Shown piece by piece: positions 41,300 through 50,064 of a stretch of 64,000 bases of DNA. This DNA comes from Pseudomonadota bacterium. GTDB lineage: Bacteria > Desulfobacterota > UBA8473. The translations under genes were made by a program, and so were the position numbers. Under the pieces are notes generated by a model that saw only the letters and a program-made list of their open reading frames with translations, was not told the DNA's origin and searched no databases. The stretch lies in assembly GCA_043825855.1 (NCBI GenBank), contig JBDRRJ010000033.1, positions 235 to 64,234 of the forward strand, in the 5' to 3' direction. Position 1 is the stretch's first letter. Every line of letters starts with the position of its first letter.

Positions 41300-42103
41300 T
41301 CACATATATCCCAGGGCTCTCAATTTCTGCATCATGTATGCCTCTTCTTTGTCCTGTGACCTTTCTGCTCTTTCTCTTGTCTTTGCAACCTTCAATTCGG
41401 CAATTATAGAATCTACATCATTCGCATTAGAATCTATAGGTTCACAACAGGGGTGACAGCCGATACTCCTGTATCTTTTCCCATCAACAGAACTGTAAAG
41501 TTCATTATAAGGAATATCTTCTCTCTTGATGTAATTCCATATATCCATTTCGGTCCAATCCAATAAAGGGTGAACCCTGATATGCGTTCGGTCATCAGAT
41601 TCGGATTTATACATATCCCACAACTCAGGAGGTTGGTTCTTGTAATCCCATTCGAATTGAATGTCTCTTGGAGAGAAATACCTTTCTTTTGCCCTGATTC
41701 CGTGCTCATCTCGTCTGATACCTAAAAGAATTGCCTTGTAACCTTCTTTGTTGACCAGCTTCTTCAAGGCATTAGTCTTAAGCTCGCTGCAGCATTTAAA
41801 TTTGTTGTTATTTTGTGGACCAATGCATTCACCGATAGCCTCCTCATTTTTTCCTATCCTCAGGTTTAATTTCCATTCTTTAGAGTATCTATCTCTGAAG
41901 GTATAGATCTGGGGGAACTTATAACCTGTATCGATGTGTATTACTTGGAAGGGAATTCTACCAAAAAATGCCTTTCGGCAGAGCCAAAGGAGAACGGTTG
42001 AATCTTTTCCGACTGACCATAGCATCCCTATATCTTTAAAGTGATAATAAGCTTCCCTGATTATATAGATGCTCTTATTTTCCAGTTCATTTAAATGCTC
42101 CAT
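41300..42103 (-). CDS. cysD: Sulfate adenylyltransferase subunit 2 (CysD, PAPS-reductase-like ATP pyrophosphatase fold)
   Basis: 267 aa. SVGKDSTVLL PP-loop. Confidence 0.85.
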   Translation of the reverse strand: MEHLNELENKSIYIIREAYYHFKDIGMLWSVGKDSTVLLWLCRKAFFGRIPFQVIHIDTGYKFPQIYTFRDRYSKEWKLNLRIGKNEEAIGECIGPQNNNKFKCCSELKTNALKKLVNKEGYKAILLGIRRDEHGIRAKERYFSPRDIQFEWDYKNQPPELWDMYKSESDDRTHIRVHPLLDWTEMDIWNYIKREDIPYNELYSSVDGKRYRSIGCHPCCEPIDSNANDVDSIIAELKVAKTRERAERSQDKEEAYMMQKLRALGYM

Positions 42104-42164
42104 TTTATAGTGCTCTGGCCTCTAACCCACAGGGATAGTCCGCTTAAGGCGGATCGATATTTAC

Positions 42165-42701
42165 TTATGAGTTGATCTTTTGGACAGCCCATTCATCCAT
42201 CTCTACTGCAATTGAACGTTGGAGCAAAGGGATGGAAACAACTAACTTGTCTTTCTTTGACTTGAGACTCAAAATAGACCCTATTACCCCTTCCAAGGGA
42301 CCATCAACAACCAGAACTTTATCTCCAGGCTTTATGTAATCATGAGGAAAAACAACCTTTCCACTGTTAACCATAATTTTAAGAGAGAGAATCTCTTCCT
42401 CCGGGATGGGTCTGGGCTGACCTTTAATACTTATTATTTTAACAACCCCTACAGTTTTCAGAATGTCACGATGACTGTAATTGTCGAGGCTGCTCTCTAC
42501 AAAAATGTATCCTGGGAATAACGGAAGCCAAATCTTCTTTCGCCTGTCTTTTCTGCGACTCCAGGTTTCTGCCTTTGGCAGAAATACCTCAAAATCTTTG
42601 TTCTTCAGATTGGCATATGCCTTCTCTTCGTGGCGGCTTCTGGTATAGACAGCATACCACTTTTTAGGGTCTGTGGAGAATGTAGAGTTTAGTTTAGACA
42701 T
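42165..42701 (-). CDS. NusG-paralog transcription antiterminator (NGN + KOW), UpxY/LoaP-like
   Basis: 178 aa. NGN-like N-terminus (KWYAVYTRSRHEEKAYANL...LPLFPGYIFV). KOW-like C-terminus (GDKVLVVDGPLEGVIG). Confidence 0.65.
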   Translation of the reverse strand: MSKLNSTFSTDPKKWYAVYTRSRHEEKAYANLKNKDFEVFLPKAETWSRRKDRRKKIWLPLFPGYIFVESSLDNYSHRDILKTVGVVKIISIKGQPRPIPEEEILSLKIMVNSGKVVFPHDYIKPGDKVLVVDGPLEGVIGSILSLKSKKDKLVVSIPLLQRSIAVEMDEWAVQKINS

Positions 42702-42727
42702 TGAAAATGACCCATTAGTAATAAAAA

Positions 42728-43321
42728 CTAACAGCCTTTTTGTTCAACCCAGTATAGAATTTGTTTCCATAATTCTTCTTTACCTTCTCTGGTAACAGCT
42801 GAAAAAAGTACAGGGTTGCTGCCCTTTGTCGGGAGAGACTTTTTAATGAGTTCAATCTGTGTCTTCAATTTTGCCTTTGAGAATTTGTCTATTTTATTCA
42901 GTATTATGAGTCTCGGAATTTGATAAAAATCAAACCATTCTATAAGTTCGATATCTTCCTGGCTAGGTATTCTTCTTATATCAAGAATAACTATTACCAA
43001 CTTTATGGCTTCCCCCGTCTTTAAATAACCTTCTACTAAAGGCTTCCATCTCTTTCTTAAATTTTGTGGAACCTTGGCATAACCATAACCCGGCAAATCA
43101 ACAAATGTGATTTCATTGTTGATTCTGAAAAAATTTATTGATTGTGTCTTGCCTGGAACGGAACTGGTCTTGACCAGGTTTTTCCTGTTTACCAAGACAT
43201 TTATCAGTGATGACTTTCCAACATTTGACTTGCCAGCAAAGACCACTTCCGGCAAAGATTCTTTGGGAAAATCAGAAGACTGAAATGCACTCGTCACAAA
43301 CTCTGCAGATTTTATTTTCAT
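42728..43321 (-). CDS. engB: Ribosome biogenesis GTPase YihA/EngB
   Basis: 197 aa. G1 AGKSNVGKSSLIN. G3 DLPGYG. Confidence 0.9.
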   Translation of the reverse strand: MKIKSAEFVTSAFQSSDFPKESLPEVVFAGKSNVGKSSLINVLVNRKNLVKTSSVPGKTQSINFFRINNEITFVDLPGYGYAKVPQNLRKRWKPLVEGYLKTGEAIKLVIVILDIRRIPSQEDIELIEWFDFYQIPRLIILNKIDKFSKAKLKTQIELIKKSLPTKGSNPVLFSAVTREGKEELWKQILYWVEQKGC

Positions 43322-43642
43322 AAGGCTTAATCTTCAGGATAAAATACTATTGTATCCATAGTTTTATTTATATTATTTTAATAAAAGACATTTATTTTAT
43401 AAATCTTTTTTCATATTATGCTTTTTTATATTAAATATTTATTTGACAACAAATATATATATACTGTAGTTTTATAGCATACAATATAATTTTCCGCAAT
43501 GCATTACGAAAAATAGTCCTTCTATACATGTGTTGTTTGTTGTTATCTTTTCAGCTGGCCAAGTTATCTACTTGAAAAATAGTGATAAACAAAATTAATT
43601 CTGAGATATGCCACCTAATATCTGTCCAGTTTCACACCGGGG

Positions 43643-44500
43643 GTGTGTAAGATGAGAGATTTTAATCAAAAAGTAGCAGTAATAACAGGGGCAGCCAGTG
43701 GTATTGGATACGGAATAGCCAAGTATTGTGTAAAAGAAGGAATCAAAGTTGTTTTGGTTGATGTCAATGAAAAAACGCTGACCGAAGCAAAATCAAAACT
43801 TGAAACTGCTGGAGCAAAAGTTCTGGCAGTTCCGGCTGATGTTTCAAACGCAGATGAGATGGAGTTAATTGCCAAGAAAACGATTGATAACTTCGGGGCA
43901 GTGCACCTTTTGTTCAATAACGCCGGTGTTGGTATAACTGGACCTATAATTTGGGAAACCACATTATCAGATTGGAAATGGGTAATCGGGGTCAACCTTT
44001 TGGGTGTCATTCATGGAATTCGAGCTTTTGTCCCTATCATGTTAGAACAATATACAGAGTGTCACATTGTTAATACAGCTTCTATAGCAGGTCTAATTTC
44101 TCCTCCGGGTTTAGGTCCATATAATGTCAGCAAGCATGGAGTTGTTACCCTTTCCGAAACGCTATACCATGAACTCTCAAGAATAAATTCCAAGATTAAA
44201 GTTTCGGTACTCTGTCCGGGAGCAGTTAATACCAAAATTCTGGATGCTTCAAAGAATCGTCCAGCAGATTTACAAAACGACCCCAAATTTGAATCAGAAA
44301 GGCAAGCTAATTTTTTGGACTTACAACAGAATAAACGCCTAGAATTAAAAGAGGGTATGTCTCCTGACGAGGTTGCAGAGCTTGTTTTTAAAGCAATCAA
44401 GGATGAAACCTTTTACATTCTTACACATTCATGGGCTAAGGACCTTGTTAAATTGCGGATGGAAGAGATTATTAATGGATACATTTTAAAAAGTCTGTAA
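43643..44500 (+). CDS. Short-chain dehydrogenase/reductase (SDR)
   Basis: TGAASGIGYGIA Rossmann motif, NNAG, and catalytic YxxxK (YNVSK). Confidence 0.85.
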   Translation: MCKMRDFNQKVAVITGAASGIGYGIAKYCVKEGIKVVLVDVNEKTLTEAKSKLETAGAKVLAVPADVSNADEMELIAKKTIDNFGAVHLLFNNAGVGITGPIIWETTLSDWKWVIGVNLLGVIHGIRAFVPIMLEQYTECHIVNTASIAGLISPPGLGPYNVSKHGVVTLSETLYHELSRINSKIKVSVLCPGAVNTKILDASKNRPADLQNDPKFESERQANFLDLQQNKRLELKEGMSPDEVAELVFKAIKDETFYILTHSWAKDLVKLRMEEIINGYILKSL

Positions 44501-44607
44501 ATAATTCAGGTAGAAAAAACAGGGACAACGACTATTCAATTCTTTTTAAAACTGTTTCTATTATTCAATAATGTTCATTATGATTACTTACTATTCGGAG
44601 GTTCTTT

Positions 44608-44796
44608 ATGTCTGGTAAAAGGTGTGAAACTTGTTCTTTTAGGGCAAAATATGACAATAATCCAAAGTCCCTTCTCGGAAAAATCTGGAGATGGCATGCT
44701 AATTGGTGCCCAGGATGGAAGTCTTATATGAATTCACTTAAAAAGAAAAAGAGGACTGCCATTGCTAAAAAATACAATATGGATAAATACCTTTAA
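44608..44796 (+). CDS. Small hypothetical protein, possible zinc-ribbon (62 aa)
   Basis: GGAGG 6 nt upstream of the ATG. CETC...H...WC spacing is compatible with Zn binding. Lys-rich tail. Confidence 0.4.
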   Translation: MSGKRCETCSFRAKYDNNPKSLLGKIWRWHANWCPGWKSYMNSLKKKKRTAIAKKYNMDKYL

Positions 44797-44892
44797 TTTT
44801 AAAAGAGGCCTATGAAAATTTATTGACAAGTTTGTAGTACATCGTAGCACGAGCAGTTAATCTTTGCCTTTTAACACCGAAAGGAAACAGAA

Positions 44893-45324
44893 TTGGCAGA
44901 ATCCAAAACGGTAAAATCACAAAAGATTTTTATGGGGAAACTTAGTTACGGTTGCGACTTATTGGAAGAACTCACCAATACATGTATAGAGCATAACATT
45001 AAGCTTGGGAGAATCGAAGCAATAGGCGCTGTTCAAAAAGCATGCATTGGTTTTTACAATCAAGCTACCCAGACATATCAGTTTTCCACTATAGATCAGC
45101 CATTGGAGATCACAAATCTATTAGCGAATGTATCTATTAATGACGGTAATACGTTTGTCCATGCACATGTTACACTAGCAGATAAAACAGGAAAGTCCTA
45201 TGGAGGACACCTTGCACCAGGCACAGTTATCTTTGCATGTGAGTTTATTCTGGAAGCTTTTAACGGTCCCACATTCTATAGATGCCTTGATGAAAAAACC
45301 GGCTTGCCTTTGTGGAAAATGTAA
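44893..45324 (+). CDS. PPC/DUF296-domain protein
   Basis: 143 aa. The pattern ...GRIEAIGAV...VHAHVTLADKTGKSYGGHL resembles the PCC/DUF296 fold family. Confidence 0.5.
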   Translation: MAESKTVKSQKIFMGKLSYGCDLLEELTNTCIEHNIKLGRIEAIGAVQKACIGFYNQATQTYQFSTIDQPLEITNLLANVSINDGNTFVHAHVTLADKTGKSYGGHLAPGTVIFACEFILEAFNGPTFYRCLDEKTGLPLWKM

Positions 45325-45335
45325 ATTTGTAAAAC

Positions 45336-45857
45336 ATGAAAAATAGAATTGAAGTTCTAAAAACTGATATTACAAAATTAAAAGTAGATGCTATTGTCAA
45401 TGCTGCCAACAGTTCTTTATTAGGTGGAGGCGGTGTCGACGGTGCTATTCATCGCGCAGCTGGACCTGATTTGCTGAAGGAATGCCGTTTATTGGGCGGT
45501 TGTAAAACAGGGCAATCTAAAATCACTCTGGGATACAACCTTCCTGCAACTCATGTTATTCATACAGTTGGACCAATTTGGCGAGGGGGAAAAGCAGGGG
45601 AACCCGAACTTCTTGCATCCTGTTATAATTCAAGTTTAAAGCTTTCAGTAGAAAATAATCTAAAGACGATAGCATTCCCCGCTATCAGTTGTGGGGTTTA
45701 TGGTTATCCGGTAGATCAAGCTGTAAAGATAGCAGTTAAGACGGTTATCGATTTTCTAAAGGTTGAGGAGACTACAGAAAAAATCATCTTCGTTTGTTTT
45801 GGTGAAGATATATATGAAGCGTATAAATCAGCGCTTAAAGAATCTGGAATATCTTAG
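45336..45857 (+). CDS. Macro-domain protein (O-acetyl-ADP-ribose deacetylase, YmdB-like)
   Basis: 173 aa. [27 protein letters not shown] is the macro-domain ADP-ribose-binding signature. Confidence 0.9.
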   Translation: MKNRIEVLKTDITKLKVDAIVNAANSSLLGGGGVDGAIHRAAGPDLLKECRLLGGCKTGQSKITLGYNLPATHVIHTVGPIWRGGKAGEPELLASCYNSSLKLSVENNLKTIAFPAISCGVYGYPVDQAVKIAVKTVIDFLKVEETTEKIIFVCFGEDIYEAYKSALKESGIS

Positions 45858-46223
45858 GAGCACTATTTTAGTTCTGTCTATTGTTATAGGTTTAGACTGA
45901 ACATAGTTGTTGACATTTTTTCTGTTTCATGATATCAATATTAGCAAATCCCATTTGGCATATTATTAATGTTTTCTAGGTTTAATTTCTTTTAATCTAT
46001 CTCTTGGGTGATAGTTATCTTAGTCAGATATACCCTGTAAATCCCAAACTTGGGAATGTGTTCTTGCCTTAATCGACAAATCAAACTCTGTAACTAGTTT
46101 TATCTTTAAAGATTTGAATGGGCAACAGAAAAGAATATAGAATATCAATAAAACCAATATAAATTAAAATACCTGTTATTTATTTTAAAATAGATAACAA
46201 AAACAAAAAGGAGGTAAGTGTAA

Positions 46224-46658
46224 ATGGTAGATATTAGTAAGCTCGATGGCGATGATGTACGGGGACTTTTTTTGAAAAAGCCGGAAATATTGGGGAAAAT
46301 AATGGGTATAACTATAAATAAGGATACGGTAAAGTTTGAGCACTGGATAGCAACAAACCCGGGCCGCGCAAGAATAGATTTCGTCTTCGAGGACACTGCG
46401 GGGAAACACTATACAGTTAAAGTAGCCTACAAAGAAAAACTCCTTAATGCCATCAGGCATCCAAATGTATGGCAGTGGAGATGGGCCGAGATGAACAAAT
46501 TACCTATAGATAATGTTGTCCCGGTTTTGGTAATAGAAGAAGATGCGGTGGTAAATGCCGACCCAAGAAGCAAAGAAATGTTGAAATCATTTGATGATAC
46601 TACATTAGTGGTCTATCAATATAAGATCGAAGATATAGCAAAAGAAATAGAAGCATAA
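46224..46658 (+). CDS. Hypothetical protein (144 aa)
   Basis: Strong RBS AAGGAGG upstream. No family recognised. The overlapping minus-strand ORFs 46145..46396 and 46185..46460 are judged spurious. Confidence 0.5.
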   Translation: MVDISKLDGDDVRGLFLKKPEILGKIMGITINKDTVKFEHWIATNPGRARIDFVFEDTAGKHYTVKVAYKEKLLNAIRHPNVWQWRWAEMNKLPIDNVVPVLVIEEDAVVNADPRSKEMLKSFDDTTLVVYQYKIEDIAKEIEA

Positions 46659-46774
46659 TATCAATAGAAGGTATGCTGAAATGGCATGCTGTTGAATTCT
46701 GTCGTTACTGTTCATTCTTGATACGCTAGAAGTGTACTCAATTTAATCAGAAAGGTACTATCAGGAAACTAACT

Positions 46775-47947
46775 TTGGAAGAATTCCGACGGATTAAAAG
46801 GCTGCCCCCTTATGTATTTAAGATAGTTGATGATCTAAAGCTGGAAGCGAGAAGAAGGGGTGAGGACATCATTGATTTAGGGATGGGGAACCCCGATCTG
46901 GCTACTCCAAAGCCCATTATTGACAAACTAACAGAGGCTGCCTCCAATCCAAGGAATCATCGTTACTCAGCTTCCAGAGGCATATACAAATTGAGGCTGG
47001 CTATTGCTGACTGGTATAAAAGGAACTACGATGTTGACCTTGACCCTGAAAGCGAAGCTATAGTCACAATAGGGGCGAAAGAGGGGCTTTCTCACATTGT
47101 TCTGGCTACAATAGGCCCCGGTGATGTCGTCTTTGTGCCAAATCCGACCTACCCTATCCACGCCTATTCGGTTGTCATAGCCGGAGGTGATTTACGAAGT
47201 ATACCAATCAGCGAAGATAGAGATTTTTTCGAAGATCTGCTGATTGCTACTAAGCAAACTTGGCCAAAGCCAACAATGCTTATAATCTCCTTCCCCCACA
47301 ATCCTACAACAACGGTAGTGGACATAGAATTTTTTAAAAAGATAGTAGACTTCGCCATAGAACACCAGATCATGGTAATCCATGATCTGGCTTATGCTGA
47401 TCTTGTGTTTGATGGTTATAAAGCTCCAAGTTTCCTGGAAATACCAGGAGCTAAGGATGTCGGCGTAGAATTTTTCAGTCTTTCGAAGAGCTACAACATG
47501 CCTGGTTGGAGAGTGGGCTTTGCAGTGGGCAACAAGAAGATGATTGGGGCTTTAGCAAGGATTAAAAGCTATCTTGACTATGGAGTCTTTCAACCTATCC
47601 AAATAGCATCCATAATAGCCTTGAATAATTGTCATGATTATGTAAAAGAAATAAACGAGACGTATAGAAGCCGCAGGGATGTCTTAATTGACGGCCTCTG
47701 CAGGATAGGTTGGAATATAGAAAAACCAAAGGGTACAATGTTTGTTTGGGCCAAGATTCCCGATGAGTTTAAGCATATGAATTCATTAGAATTCTCAAAG
47801 CATTTAATGAAAGAGGCTAAGGTGGCCGTATCTCCAGGCATAGGCTTTGGTGAATATGGAGACGACCATATTAGATTTGCACTCGTAGAAAACGAACACA
47901 GAACAAGACAAGCAGTAAGGGGTATAAGGAATGCTCTATCTATTTAA
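46775..47947 (+). CDS. Class I/II PLP-dependent aminotransferase (AlaA/DapL-like)
   Basis: 390 aa. N-terminal [10 protein letters not shown] and PLP-Lys region [16 protein letters not shown]. Confidence 0.8.
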   Translation: MEEFRRIKRLPPYVFKIVDDLKLEARRRGEDIIDLGMGNPDLATPKPIIDKLTEAASNPRNHRYSASRGIYKLRLAIADWYKRNYDVDLDPESEAIVTIGAKEGLSHIVLATIGPGDVVFVPNPTYPIHAYSVVIAGGDLRSIPISEDRDFFEDLLIATKQTWPKPTMLIISFPHNPTTTVVDIEFFKKIVDFAIEHQIMVIHDLAYADLVFDGYKAPSFLEIPGAKDVGVEFFSLSKSYNMPGWRVGFAVGNKKMIGALARIKSYLDYGVFQPIQIASIIALNNCHDYVKEINETYRSRRDVLIDGLCRIGWNIEKPKGTMFVWAKIPDEFKHMNSLEFSKHLMKEAKVAVSPGIGFGEYGDDHIRFALVENEHRTRQAVRGIRNALSI

Positions 47948-47976
47948 GTTAGGGCATTCCCTTTTTTAGAATAATA

Positions 47977-49002
47977 TCATCTCTCCGGTTCAATAATAAC
48001 CTTTATAGATTCTTTAGCTTCGACAACAAGCTGAAAACCTAAACTTGCCTCTCCCAAACTCAACCGATGGGTAATCATTTCACAGACTGAAATGCGATGA
48101 GTACGGATCAGCTCTATTGCTATTTCTATGTCCGAAGGGCTGGCTCCGTAAGAATGTTTCAATGTTATCCCTTTACGCCAAAAATCGCTAACAGGCACAG
48201 GAAGATAAGTATCCGACTCCGCAGGAGCGAAGAATAAAATAGTTCCTCCTTTGTCTACACATTGCAATGCCTGGGTAAAGGCAGGAAATGACCCAGTACA
48301 GACAATTACAATGTCAGTTAACCTGCCTTCATTGACCTGTCGTAAATATTCAGACACATCTTTCCTGGCGTCTATCGTAGAATCTGCACCGAATTGTTGC
48401 GCTGCCTTTAAACGATATTCATTAATGTCCGCAGCGATTACCTGCGAGGCTCCAATTGCGCGGGCCAATGCCACATGAAGCAAACCAGAAATACCACTGC
48501 CAATAACAAGCACACTATTCCCCGGCTTTATCTCTGCTAATCTCTGTCCACGCAGGACACAGGCCAGCGGTTCGATAAACGTTCCTTCTTCAAAAGAAAC
48601 TTCATCAGGGAGCAAAAATACACCACGGTCTACATTAATTGCCGGGATACGGACATACTCGGCAAAACCTCCAGGATCATAATTTGTGTTGTGTAATGTT
48701 TCACAAACAGTATGGCAACCTCTCAGGCAATAGCGGCATGTATTGCAAGGAACATGGTGGGAAACAAAAACCCTGTCACCGATCTTGTAACCCTCAACAT
48801 CTTCTCCAATCGCTACGATTTCTCCAGCAATCTCATGACCGAGAACCAGGGGGGCTTTTTTAATCCGATACCATTCCAACACATCGCTGCCACAAATGCC
48901 GCTTGCAAAAACCTTAACTAATAGCTCTTCAGAGGCGATTTGCGGGACAGGAATCTCTTCCAGCCGAACATCCTTGTTATTGTAATACATTGCAACACGC
49001 AT
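47977..49002 (-). CDS. Zinc-dependent medium-chain alcohol/polyol dehydrogenase
   Basis: GICGSDV...GHE zinc motif and the GxGxxG Rossmann VIGSGISG. Confidence 0.85.
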   Translation of the reverse strand: MRVAMYYNNKDVRLEEIPVPQIASEELLVKVFASGICGSDVLEWYRIKKAPLVLGHEIAGEIVAIGEDVEGYKIGDRVFVSHHVPCNTCRYCLRGCHTVCETLHNTNYDPGGFAEYVRIPAINVDRGVFLLPDEVSFEEGTFIEPLACVLRGQRLAEIKPGNSVLVIGSGISGLLHVALARAIGASQVIAADINEYRLKAAQQFGADSTIDARKDVSEYLRQVNEGRLTDIVIVCTGSFPAFTQALQCVDKGGTILFFAPAESDTYLPVPVSDFWRKGITLKHSYGASPSDIEIAIELIRTHRISVCEMITHRLSLGEASLGFQLVVEAKESIKVIIEPER

Positions 49003-49183
49003 AGTGCCTTACCAATTTTGACAGCTTCGTAACAATTCCATCTGCGGTGTTACGCTGCATCCCTCGTTGTTGCAGCGCAATTATAAGTACATTTCACTCC
49101 TCGTGATTTGCGAGCCTTGCAGCTGAAGCTTTTTTACTGTGCTGTTTGATTAATAACTTTTTACAACTTCACCAATCTTATAT

Positions 49184-49990
49184 CTACTCATTCTTAACAG
49201 TATTGAATAACTCGTTGGCCTCCCTGGCATTGGCATTTTCATGAATAATAGCACGCAATGCCTTAATCATTGCTACAGGGCAATCATGCTGCCATATATT
49301 CCTTCCAAGATTCACACCTATAGCACCTTTTTGAATACCATCATAAACAAAATCAAAAACTTCCCTCTCTGAATTTACTCTGGGCCCACCTGCCATAACC
49401 ACAGGAACAGGACAACCATTCGTAACCTTTTCGAAATCTCTACACCAGTAAGTTTTTACTACACGTGCCCCTAATTCGGCTGAGATACGACAGCATAGAG
49501 CAAGATAGCGGGCATCTAGTTTCTCTAATTCTTTACCTACAGCAGTTACCGCCATTACCGGAATACCATGCTCTTCAGCATCATCAACAAGCCTTGAAAG
49601 ATTCAGCAGTGATTCTTTTTCATAATCACTGCCAACAAAGACAGAAATACCAACAGCAGCTACATTGAGACGGATTGCTTCTTTTATAGAGGTAGTGATC
49701 CCTTCGTTGGACAGGTCCTTTCCAATTACGCTGGTGCCTCCAGAAACTCTAAGTATAATTGGTTTTATCAGGGCAGGATCTATCGATGATCTTAAGACAC
49801 CTCTGGTAACAAAAAGTGCATCACAAAAAGGAAGAAGAGGTTTAATAGTATCCCCTGGTTTTTCTAATTTTCTAGTAGGTCCCTGAAAATATCCGTGATC
49901 TATAGGCAAAAACAGACAACGACCATCAGGTTGAATCAAACGTGCCAAACGGTTTTCCAAACCCCAATCCATATTATTAATACCTCCCAT
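49184..49990 (-). CDS. DhnA-type class I aldolase family (fructose-bisphosphate aldolase / ADH-synthase-like)
   Basis: 268 aa. The LPIDHGYFQGP-type N-terminus and the Schiff-base Lys region (RVVKTY) match the DhnA/FbaB archaeal-type family. Confidence 0.7.
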   Translation of the reverse strand: MGGINNMDWGLENRLARLIQPDGRCLFLPIDHGYFQGPTRKLEKPGDTIKPLLPFCDALFVTRGVLRSSIDPALIKPIILRVSGGTSVIGKDLSNEGITTSIKEAIRLNVAAVGISVFVGSDYEKESLLNLSRLVDDAEEHGIPVMAVTAVGKELEKLDARYLALCCRISAELGARVVKTYWCRDFEKVTNGCPVPVVMAGGPRVNSEREVFDFVYDGIQKGAIGVNLGRNIWQHDCPVAMIKALRAIIHENANAREANELFNTVKNE

Positions 49991-50064
49991 TATTACTGTT
50001 CACTTTTATAGAGACAAAAACTCGAATAACATACTTATAAGTGTAAATGTATAACTGAGTTTAA

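Noticed and set aside
46050-46063. TCCCAA-ac-TTGGGA inverted repeat in the long spacer before 46224
   Set aside because: A single 6-2-6 inverted repeat could be a regulator site, but it has no support beyond chance in AT-rich DNA.
46145-46460. Two overlapping minus-strand ORFs (83 and 91 aa)
   Set aside because: They overlap the RBS and 5' end of a plus-strand gene with a strong SD. Compositionally AT-biased and low complexity.
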